DNA of 63,501 bases, the filler included, from Kipferlia bialata (taxonomy: Eukaryota), in NCBI GenBank assembly GCA_003568945.1. It is 3 parts of 3 records of this genome, joined end to end, with 100 filler letters (N's around TTAATTAATTAA, not from the genome) between each part and the next. Parts side by side here need not be neighbours in the genome. Positions count along the whole stretch, not along the records: positions 21,230 to 42,351 come from BDIP01000339.1; 2 more parts are not named here. One strand, written 5' to 3'. The notes beneath the pieces were generated by a model, which saw nothing but the letters and a program-made list of their open reading frames with translations, did no database searches and was not told the DNA's origin. Position numbers and translations under genes: made by a program. Below are positions 27,694 to 39,014 of this stretch, one piece after another; position 1 is the stretch's first letter; the number at the start of each line of letters is the position of its first letter.

Positions 27694-29386
27694 ATGTCCC
27701 AGGTATATACATGTGTATATATGACCATGTGAATGTGTTGCATTAGGGCATCGCAATCCTCTCAAACTGATGTGTGGTAAGTATATATATGGTAAGGCGT
27801 GAGTCTCTGTACGTGTATAGTGCACTCGTGTGTCACGTTTAGAGTCCGCTTTGGTATCAAGGCCTTTCTTATGTCTTATTCTCATTCATACGGACCTGCT
27901 CCCTTAACACCCAGGCTGCTACCTCGCCCAGGGCCAGGGGCAAGCCTCTCAAGGAGGTCACGGTCAGGTGTGCATGCACTATACCGTCTACCTCTCTGCC
28001 TCTCTACCCCTCTCCTGTCTGACCCCAGACTGTCCAGGGGCACTGAGCCCAGGGCCAGGAAGGGCATATCGGCAGAGGAGGAGGTATATAGATATATGTG
28101 TAAATATACAGGCACAGACTTGAAAACTCAGCTGACCCGATGTCAGTATTTCTCTCTCCCCTTCCTCACCCTCAGGCCGAGACCCCCATGTCTGTTCTGC
28201 TGTGTGACACCCCGGCACACTGTGTCTATGAGCAGCAGGTAGAGTGTCTCCCCTCTTCTCTGCACTACTCTATACCCCCCCCCCCCTCATCTCTTCATAT
28301 ATATGTATATCTACTCTCTACCTAGTGATACTGACCCCAGCCCCGTGTGTTCCTGCTGGATGGAGATGAGGCAGACTACATCACAGCCAGAAACACACTG
28401 TACGAGGAGACGGCTGCACAGTACATGAAGGAGGGGAATGTGCAGGTACCAGCCTCTTACACACTCTCTCCAGTAGCGATAACCTCTCTCCCCCTCACCC
28501 CCTAGAACCGAGGCGTGCAGACCAGGCGTCTGGCCACCAAGACCAAGAGAGTGGGGTCCAGGGCAGTCACCAGTGTGGAAGTGAGCACGATGGCCAGTAG
28601 GGCAGCCATTTATGACGCAAGGTACCATGTATAGATGTTTGTCAGTTAGTATACATACACTGACCCCCAGGAGTGAGGATGGCATTGTGGACATCCTGCC
28701 TGAGGGTGCAGCACCTGAGGAGGAGGCCGAGGGCGAGGCCGAGGGAGAGGGAGAGGGGGAGGAGGGCGAGGGAGATAGGCCTCCCAGCCCCAGTGGCACC
28801 ATCGCAGACACAGTCATCACAGGTGGGGCAGACTCTCTCTCTCTCTCTGTATATATATGCCGTCCTCTCAATAATTACTCTCTGACCCCCAGGCATCACT
28901 AGGTCTGAGACTGGGACTGAGATTGGGCCAGGGGGTGCAGCCTCTGTCTCTGAGTCTGCCATCACAAAGATCACAGACATATCAGTGGCACTCACTATGC
29001 AGGTACAGGGCATGGGAGACAGTATTTGTATAGGACAGTGGTGACCTAGCATATATGAATCACACACACACACTCTCTACCCCTTACCCCCCAGTCCCGT
29101 GTCCCTGGGAGTGGTGTGTCCACAGCGGTGGGGGGAGAGAGAACCACACAGAGGAGCCAGGCACAGATTGAGAGGTACGTTTTCTCTCTCTCTTCCTTCT
29201 TCCATTAGTATAATACTCTCTCTTTCTCTTAAGGGACCGCCACAACAAGTTCTCCCCTCTCGCTCCCTCTCATTCTTAACCTTTAGGGAGCGCCGCACGC
29301 TGTTCCGTTCCCCTGACTTTGTGCGTTCCCTCAGGCTCATGGAACTGCTATCCCTGGAGGGCACACTCAGACCAAAGACCATGAAG
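27694..29386 (+). CDS. Probable axonemal dynein intermediate chain (WDR78/DNAI4/IC138-like), N-terminal part only, multi-exon
   Basis: Spliced exons AETPMSVLLCDTP...GDEADYITARNTLYEE...NRGVQTRRLATKTKRVGSRAVTSVEVSTMASRAAIYDA and DFVRSLRLMELLSLEGTLRPK resemble, from memory, the WDR78 N-terminal blocks (EEAEKV..RN..Y, ER.MQT..K.K.VQ, AWD.YD, MER...EN..QPK). No WD40 domain follows; the frame runs into a poly-C tract. Start codon uncertain. Confidence 0.55.
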
Positions 29387-29660
29387 GTACGGTTTATATT
29401 GTATACATAGTATACCTAGTATACACCCTGAGTTGTCTTTCTACTTCTCACATAGCTGTTATGGTTCATACATAATACTCTCACATATTGTACCCCCCCC
29501 CCCCCCCCCCCCCTCTTTTTTTCCCCCCTCCCCCCCCCCCCCCCCCCCCTTTTTTGTCCCCCCCCCCCCCCCCCCCCTCTTTCTCTCCTTCTACTCTTAC
29601 TAACTATATTTGTCTACCTCACAACCTGGCGATTCTCTGCACCTTCTCTCCACAGCTCGT

Positions 29661-29700
<40 letters not shown>

Positions 29701-29820
29701 AAATATATCTAAATATTCTTAGCTGTTCTCATTCCCTCATACCAGGCCATGCTATCTCCTATATATTCTCTCTCTCTCCCCCTCTCTCTATATATGTACA
29801 TGTATCTTTCTCAATATCAG

Positions 29821-32800
29821 GCCATGCTCTCAACCTTCTCCCCCAAGCTCTTCGATGGGTGTACCGATGACCCAGATTATACAGACCCAGACACACTAGG
29901 TATGGGTATATACATATATACATATATAGTATATAGAATATATATACTCAATAGTATATATACTCTATAGTATAAATAATAGATACTCTTCGATGCGTGC
30001 ACTGATGACCCAGACTACACAGACCCAGACACACTGGGTATAACCATGTTGTATATTAGTATGATATGCATAGTATATATGTATATATACTATTTGGTAT
30101 ATATTGGTCTAATAGATACTCCTTGTGCCGATGACCCAGACTACACAGACCCAGACACGATAGGTATGGGTATAGTATAGTATCATTATATATTATATAT
30201 ATAGTATATCTAGTACATATAATATATCTAGAGATAGATACCAATTATACAGACCCAGACACACTAGGAATGGGTATATACATATATCATGTGTATTGCT
30301 CCCCCTTATGGTGTATACTCTACAATACCACTCTATATACATAGACCCAGATTATACAGACCCAGACACGCTAGGTATGAATATAGTGAATAGTGATTGA
30401 CTCTCTCGCAGCATAGATTTCCATACTTGTACTCTTCACTTCACAGGCCCAGACACCGTAGGCGCACCAATTACCTCTCTACTCCCTATTGGATATATCT
30501 CTCTCTTTTTGCAACACTCCACTCTAGTGTGCCTATTGCAGATCTCTGCTCTTTATGGTGCCTACCCCATCTCTCTCTCTCTCTCTCAATATATATATAT
30601 ATATATATCTATACTCATCATTAGTCTGTCCCCTCCAGATCCCTGCCCTCTATGGTGCCTACCTATCTCTCTCTCTCTCTCTCAATATATACTCATCATC
30701 AGTGTGTCCCCTCCAGATCCCCGCCCTCTATGGTGCCTACCCTCTGTCCTACATAGCACCTGAGGGGGTGGAGCATGAGACACCGTCCATTGCCACTACC
30801 AGAGCTCTAGAGGTATACATATATGTACTATCATCATAACTTACTCCATATACGTGCGGTTTCTTGAATGTTCTCTCTCTCTTGTTAGACTAGTAGTATA
30901 TCTGATCCCTTTGATTATCATCTCTGGTCTGTACCCATCAACATGGATCAAGTCTCTCTATCCTGTCTCCTCTTTCTCTCTCTCCCCCGCTCTCTCTCGT
31001 TAATGCATAAGATTGTGATGTCTGGTCTGTACCCCTCGATGTTTTGATGCTATCCTCTCTCTCTTCATTTATATCCTCTGTTTGAGGTGGGTATATATTG
31101 ACACTGATGCTAGATTGTCATGTCCGGTCTCTATCCCTCGGCCTGGATCAAGTCACTCCTCAGTGGTGGAGAGTATGACAGTGCCTCAAGGTGTGTACTA
31201 TTGGTATATATATTGTATGTATAGTATAGTATAGTATATGTACTCTTCAGATTATGTGCAATCATATGATTGAAGTTTAGATGTTAGTATTTTCTCTCTA
31301 TATCGGTTAATACTAGGTGCCAAGAAGGTGTATTATTGAATGCAGAATAATGACAGTTCTTACCGCAGGGCCAATGTCGTGTGTGCACTCACCCTCTGTG
31401 TAACTCTTCTGGGACTACTGGGTATGTACTCTTTTCCTTTCTCTGTCGATTGTGTCTCCCTTCAGTATATAGTGTCCTTTCTGACACATAGTTAATTACT
31501 GTGGGATTCTATGGCTATGTTACTGTATTAGAAGTGTGACTCTGTGTACGTGATAGTGGCTCTCGCTCTCTCTGTTCCTCCCTCACGCCAGCCGTATGGT
31601 TGTATACTAACTATGGGCCAAACGGAAACACTAGGAGGTACTTCTTTGCACATGCACAATCCCCTTTCTCTCTCTCTTTCTCTCTGACGCATACTGTCTC
31701 TTGTCAACTGGTGTCTCCTCTGTTCTATAAACATGAAATATGCATATCTGCACCTTCACCCTTAGGCTTCTAAGGGACTGTTTCCGGTGGGTCGATACGT
31801 CCAAGTCTTCCATGGTCAATGTCACAAAGGTATATGTGGCAGTACGCTAGTATTCATATGTGCCCAAGACTCTGTAAGAGACACAATGTGAGTCACGTAT
31901 TACACATACACTCAGGATCTATGGCCGATATCGTTTGAAGAGTCCCTGAATATACGAATCAATGTATATACGTGTGTATATAGTAGAGTATCTCACTGCC
32001 AGGTCTATGGCCGGTATGGCATGAAGAGGCGCAATGAGGGGGATGAATACATCGACAACGAGTACAGAGGGACGATCATGGGTATGTGGTATCGACCAGT
32101 GTCGCTCTCTCTCTGCAATACCATACACCTTACCATATGTGTCAAGGGTGTGTGGTATTGGTCAGTGTGCTCTGCGTCAGTCCTAATGTATCTCTCTCTC
32201 TCTTTTCATCTCTCTTTAGAACTGTATGACTGTTTACATGTGTAGTAATATTCTAAGTCTCAGGCGGCTTTGTGACGAGTGTCTCTCTCTCTTTCTCCCT
32301 CTGACTATGTATGAGTATGGACATGTATAAGCACCTAAGTTCAGGCGGCTGTGTTACCAGTGTGCTCTATGTCATAGCTGCATTCACAGCTGTATGGACA
32401 CTGTATGTGTGCATGCACACTGACGCCATACCAACACTCCCAGAGGATATATACACAGGTGGGGTATATACTACCACTGATACCAACACACGCCACTGAT
32501 ATAGTCACTCCATCATTTGGCCTTTGGTGGATCCGCTACCTGAATATACGTATAACTGTTGTTATTCTTTCCCATATCTCAGTGTATATATATGTCTTAT
32601 ATTCCTGTCAGTAAATATTTGTATACGTATCTAACACACAGAGCTGACCCCCGACCAGCCCCCCTATCTGCGACAGAGGGATGTGCAGACAGTGCCATAC
32701 ACATCACTCCCAACAGAGCCTGGGCAGTACCTGAGTATGTGTAGTATAGTACAATTGAATATATAGAAGTATCATTGTCTTAATGCTATTGCCCTCCATT

Positions 32801-35800
32801 TGGTAGATTAGACAGTGCCATATACATCAGTCTGAACATAATCTCTCGGTGTATTTCTGTGTTTACCATTATCAATTGCTTACCCCAGACTCGGCTATCT
32901 CCAGCAGGGACAACCTCTATGTCATCGAGACCACAACAGGTATGGGTGTTTACTCATATACAGTCTCTGTATTTACGCATGGGTATACAATTGTTTATGC
33001 CCGGCTCTGAATTGGGGCACTGTGTTTTTCATCTAGCTATCTTATTCATAATACGTTTGCATGTATACTATTCTACATATATTCCCAACTGACACGGATT
33101 CATATATAAATATTCTCGTATAGAATCATCTCACACCCAGCGCTCAACTGGGGCACTGTGTGTATCCCCTCGGACCCTGTGTTCCTAGAGATGTCTCTAT
33201 CGGACAAGATTAGGTATGTATACGTAGAGAACTGATCTCCTCTCTCTCTCTCTCTCTCTCTCTGTATTTCTATTGTAGTACTCACCCTAAACTGATCTTC
33301 TCCACCAGTGCCGGTACAGCTGATCTCTCTCTCTCTCTCTCTCTCTCTCTTGGTCTATATACTAATCCTAGGCTCATCTTCTCCACCAGTGCCGGCACAG
33401 CTGATCTGTCCAGTGACCCCAAGGCAGTGCTGGACCCAACAACATGGGCTGAGTTGAGGTTAGACACTATCGTTCACCTTGTAGAAGAAGTACTTGCATA
33501 ATAGTTGTAGTTGGTATGCTGTGCTACCTCACTAACCACAGAGATAGTGGCTCTCTATCGATTGAGACAACTGGGTGCCTCCTGACAGGTGAGTCTTCAC
33601 ACACACACTTTCTCACGTTCAATATTTCTCTCTCGTTCAACCTCTATGTATCTCTGCCTTACATAGTATTGTTATTATACTATGTAGACTATACAAATAC
33701 AGTGAGTATTCATGTATTCTCTCTCTCTCTTTGAGTGTCTCTCTTACATCATAGGTGGACAGGCCTGCAGTGAAGACCTGTCCAATGTGCCTGACCTGGC
33801 TAGGTTGGATTCTATGCATACATCTTCAGAGACAGCTATAGATGTGTGTATATGTATGTACATATTCTATGACCTCTGACAACAGCGCCATTGCCTACAA
33901 GCCCCTGCTCAGCTATGGGTGCTATTTGGACGAAGACGCCATATACCACCACATGAGGTTAGGGGGCGAGACAACATCTATAGAGTGATACTAGTGTCTT
34001 CACTATTGATGATCTTACCCCCCAGTGTCATCACCCTCCCATGTGTGTTTGTGCATTGTATTCATAAGGATTCATAAGTATTCTTGAGTAGAATATAAAG
34101 TGGTATTGGTACTAATCCCAGTGTCATCACCCTCCCGTGGGTGTTTGGGTATCCATCCTTTGATGACATGACATTCGAGGTAAGGAATAGTGTACACACA
34201 CATACTAGTATATATGTATAGATAGAGAGAGAGAGAGATAATTGTCATTTGATGACATGACATTCGAGGTTGGTTATGGTATATTCATTATTACCCATTG
34301 TTGGAACTTACCCTTGGTGTGACCCCAGGAGTTAGTTGTTGATTATGTATTACAACAACCTCTCGCTTTTTCGTAGGTGTCCCGCCGGTCATGTTTCTTG
34401 AACCTATGATATATATATATTATTGTATACATTATTGTATATATATATATGTGCAGAGTGATATCTCACCCCAGGTGTCCCAGCAGCCCAGTGACTCCTT
34501 CCCATACTTCGGCCTAGCAGTGGGGGCAACAAGGTGTGTTATATGTGTACATATTAGTTTATGCGTACTAGAATATTCTATATTCTACAATTCTATTCTG
34601 CATGATATTACAACTCTTACGGACGGCCAGTGGGGTCACAAGGTAACAGGGGCTATAATTTTCCATGTGTTATACCTGGTCTTTCATCAGAACCCATGTC
34701 TTTCCGTCCATCTCGTCATATGTATATATATCCTACTGTGTGGGGATAGTTCAGCTCTAACGTCAGGACCCATGTCTTCCCGTCTCTATAGATATCTATA
34801 TTGTACATATATACACTGAATATGTATCTATATTACTATATCCCTAACCCAGAACCCATGTCTTCCCGTCCTATCTGAACCAGTACCTACAGGTCACAGC
34901 AGACGAGACGCAGCCACTGATCAAACATGACACAATTGTACGTGTTGTCCCTCCATTTTGTGGCTCTAAGAGAACTAGAGCAGATATATCAACTAACCTA
35001 ATCCCATCTCATCCCATTCCATCCCATTATAAGTATAACATACAGTACCAACCTCAACCCAGGAGACTGGTCTGATTTCTAGTGTATCTGATACACATGT
35101 TTGCATCATGCGTTCTCACCCCAGGAGACTGGTCTGTTTGCAGTGGGTGTAGGGTATATGTTTGGCCTGCCATACCCACAGTGCCACTGGGGGGAGGTCG
35201 AGGTATATCTTTATTAATGTACATATATTTGTGTGTATATATTGGTATTATGAAAAGTTCAAGTGTGTATATTTGGGTTAGTATATATATATATGTAATA
35301 TATGTTTTTTCCTGGCATACCCACAGTGCCACTGGGGGAAGGGGGAGGTATATCCTCATGTATATATGTGATACTGATACTGATACTGATAGGGAAGTCA
35401 AGGTAAGTTTCTCCCTCTCTCTCACAACTATTATGTATTTCATTTCATTATTATGCACCTGTCAATTGTAGATATATGATAGGCTTATGTATATATTATG
35501 AAATAGTTTATTTACCCCAGGAGGCACAGGCCGCTACTATCCTGGGGAACGTCCAGACAATGCTCGGGTATGGCGGTCAATATACGTATATCTTATGCCT
35601 TGATACAAAACAAACAATGCAGATTTCATATTTTTCATACAGTACGAATGTCAGTTCAGTCATCTGGCATTGAGATCTGTTCTTACCTCAGTGACGTCTC
35701 TCTGAACCCCTTCGACCCAGTTGTGTTTGGGGATGATGGCATGCAGACAGCAGAGTCACTCTCGGTATGTTGCAATATACTAATGTATATATGAATATTA

Positions 35801-38294
35801 GCACTTTGTATCTCTCTGGATCTCTCTGTGGTATGCCTGTATATAGTACTAAAAATACCTATAGTATATTATTATTTATTAATAATTATATTTAGTATAT
35901 ATAATATATATACTGCTAACCTCAGGCCCTGTGGGACCCCATATGTGCATTTATTCAAGGAATCAGTAATTATATATTCTGCAACTACGATTATGTGTGT
36001 GTGATTACTACTGACTCTAGGCCCTGTGGGACCCCAGTCAGCAGATGAGCTACACAGTGGGGCCGTTGCCAACGGTGGTGGCAGAGGTTCGATTGGTCTA
36101 TCTCTCTCTCTCGACATATGAAGTATTTCATTGGATCCTTTCCTGTTTTTATGCTCTCTATGTACTGACCTTCTGACCCCAGGTCCCAACCTCCACCGAG
36201 ATGTTTGGCAACTCATGCAGTGATATATATCACACATCTGAATTATGTATTGAGAGAGTATAGAACCAGTCTCATTCCCTTAGGTCCCCACCTCCACCGA
36301 GATGTTTGGCAACTCGTGTTTCGAACAGAACGGCATCTACTTTGGAGAGCTATGCGAGGCACTAAAGCAAGGTTAGACTGTCCATGAGTGTATCACTTCA
36401 TGCAGGTGTTCCCTTGGTCATCATAATTCTCTCTCTCTTAACACTTAGGCGTAGGCTTTACTGTGAATCCTGACATACTCTACATGCAGGGTGTCCTCTC
36501 TCTCATTCTCTCTCTCTCCCTCCCTCTCTCTCTGCAGACTTTTGGAAATACAAACCCACAGGTGTCGGTTTTACAGCTGACCCCGACATCCCCTATATGC
36601 AGGGTGTCCCCCTCGCTGTGCTATGCGGCACACAACACTTCACAGTAGATAGTCAGATCACACATGTGCCAGGTATATGTATATCTACCCTAATAGGGTT
36701 ACAGTGTATTATACTATTGTGAATATGTATGCCCGCAGCACTTCACAGTGGATAGCCAGATCACACATGTACCAGGTGCAAAATGTCATTATGTGTATGC
36801 ATAGACTTTGTATTCATGGGTATCATTATATGATATATTTACAGGTGTCATTATCCTTCTCACCTAGGTTGGTGTGCCGACCCCAGTTCCTCTGAGGGTC
36901 AGTTTGGAGACTGTGACTCCGATAGAGTATTCTATGCCGGACTGGCTTCTTCTATTACAGGGTGGGTACTCTCTGTATGTGATGTAAATATGTATATATA
37001 TGTTATACGTTCATTTAGATTGCTATGCCGGACTGGCATCATCCATCACAGGGTGAGTATCAAGTGGGTACATCGTGGCTATATCGTTAACTGTTCTTGA
37101 ATAGCTGGAGCGAAGTATATACACGTTCAGTAAGTAAGCCAGAGTAATATAGTTATCAGGAAGTCCACGAGTATTTGAGTCAGACAATGCATAAATACCA
37201 TGTATGAATATATAGTATTGTTGTGTTCTGACGTCAGCGAGCCCACCGTGTGCCCCTATGAGTCTGTGGACATTATGGAGAAAAGCCATACAGTCTCTAT
37301 CAGACACAGGGTCAGCAGTCAGGTATACATAGGGTCATATATAGTATATGTCAGTGTATGTATGTATAGTAGCATGAGTAGAATGGTGTATACAGTATCA
37401 ATCAGACACAGGGTCAGCAGTCAGGTATGTGTTGCACTGTATGATGGAGATATATATTGATATACACACATATTTCTATTTGAGAACCGTACTGTGTCTA
37501 GCAGGCACAGGGTCAGCAGTCAGGTATAGCTACTCTCTTATTGTTTACAACCAATATATACTAGGTATACATGACACTCTCTATGGTTGATATATGCGCA
37601 CATGGAAGTCCATCAGAGACATATATATAAGGAAGTTACAGTCTCAACAATTACAACACCCATTATTGCTCACCGTCAGGTCTCAGAGGTCACCTTCCAC
37701 AACCTAGAGCCAGTTGCTCTCCTTGGTGATGTTGTGTTGTTGCTAGTCTCTCTCTTTGGGTTCCAGACCCTGTTGGAGAGTGTCGCATCAGCAGTCAGGA
37801 GGTATATAATGTATTCCCTTTCTATTCATATGTATCTTGCCTCTCTTTGGGTTCCTGACACTGTTGGAGAGTGTGGCGTCGGCTGTCAGGAGGTATACCT
37901 AGTGACCCAATTTTGAGTTGATGCCAGCTGCATATCTAGAAATTGGGCACTAATCATTCTTATATGTGTAGGTATAATACATTCATGGCACTTTTACTTA
38001 TGTGTTGTCTGAGAGTGGCATCAGCAGTCAGGAGGTATACATAATATTACCTTTCTATTCGTATATATCTTACGCTACTCTTGTTCTTCTGCCCTGGTGA
38101 CTAACCCGACTAGATTGATGAAGATTAGAAAGGCCTCCCGACGCAAGAGGAGAGGGGGAGAGAGGGAGAGAAACAGAGCAAGGGAGGAGGCAACATATCC
38201 AGCAGAGAGAGTGCCTAGCCATATGATGGGTAGTGTGACTATGACCCCTAACCCCATGATGGGAGGGACAGCCGTTGGGCAGACAGGTGTATAA
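29821..38294 (+). CDS. Uncharacterised membrane protein, multi-exon, 5'-partial: hydrophobic helices flanking a large Cys-containing extracytoplasmic loop, basic C-tail
   Basis: Exons give AMLSTFSPKLFDGC..., TM ANVVCALTLCVTLLGLLAVWLY, RGTIMGGCVTSVLYVIAAFTAVWTLYV, a long loop, then EPVALLGDVVLLLVSLFGFQTLLESVASAVRRLMKIRKASRRKRR...GQTGV* (TAA 38292-38294). Not every exon phase was verified. Confidence 0.65.
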
Positions 38295-38434
38295 TAGAGT
38301 TTCTGTGTACTTCCCAGCTCTTCGATGTTTTCAACATATTTGTGGTCTCGCTTTAAGCGAGTCGCTTACATTGTGGCCAGGACGCAGTAGCTATGGGCTT
38401 GTATGGTAGGAGTGTGAGTGTCATTGTGATGAAG

Positions 38435-38605
38435 TGGGAGCACAAGGAATCGAACCTCGATCCCTTTCCCTGGGTCAATCGTCCCCGTTTCCAACACTCC
38501 ACCATCAACTTTGTACATGGTAAGTATATACAAAGCCGCAGGCGTGGGTTCGAACCGCGGGCGTTTGTCCCACAGAAAGGCGCTTTACCATTAAGCTATA
38601 CCCCC
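38435..38605 (-). tRNA. tRNA-like gene with ~100-nt structured insertion in the anticodon arm (tRNA-His GUG if spliced at 37/38; otherwise a tRNA-scaffolded ncRNA)
   Basis: Minus strand: GGGGGTA-TA-GCTTAATGGTAAAGC-G-CCTTT-CTGTGG...insert...G-AAAGG-GAT-CGAGGTTCGATTCCTTG-TGCTCCC-A. Acceptor stem (GGGGGTA/TGCTCCC), D arm, anticodon stem (CCTTT/AAAGG) and T arm all pair; A and B boxes intact. Variable loop only 3 nt and no nearby T4 terminator. Confidence 0.65.
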
Positions 38606-39014
38606 AGTTTGAAAGGCAATGGTCATAAAAGTATGTATTATTTCACATCTGTTCTGATATACATATATCACCCATATACAATGTTTCGAGTGCCAGACCC
38701 AGGGGGCAGTCACTGTATATATTTTATATAGTCACTGTATACAGTATATACCACCTCTTCAGCTCCATCTATTTTTTACACGTATATCGTACACTCATAC
38801 ACTTAGAAATGACAATTCATATTCTTATCATACACACCAGCACTCAAGTACACTTAGGCACTCCTACACCACAGCACTGCAATACATCACTACCTCTCTT
38901 ACTCAGTCACGTCGAATCTCTCCATCTCCCACACAAACTGAACCTATACCTTACTCTTACTCTCCTATACAGTTACAGTGACTCCCCCCCCCCCTCTCTC
39001 TCTCAGAGAGTGTC

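Noticed and set aside
38519..38525. Apical loop ACTTACC read as a UUA (ochre suppressor) anticodon loop
   Set aside because: Lacks U33 and purine 37, sits too far from the tRNA core, and genes here end in TAA/TAG as normal stops.
38535..38605. Stand-alone 71-nt tRNA using the internal GGTTCGAACC as T arm
   Set aside because: Acceptor and anticodon stems do not pair in that register; the 5' half pairs with the distal 3' half at 38435-38470.
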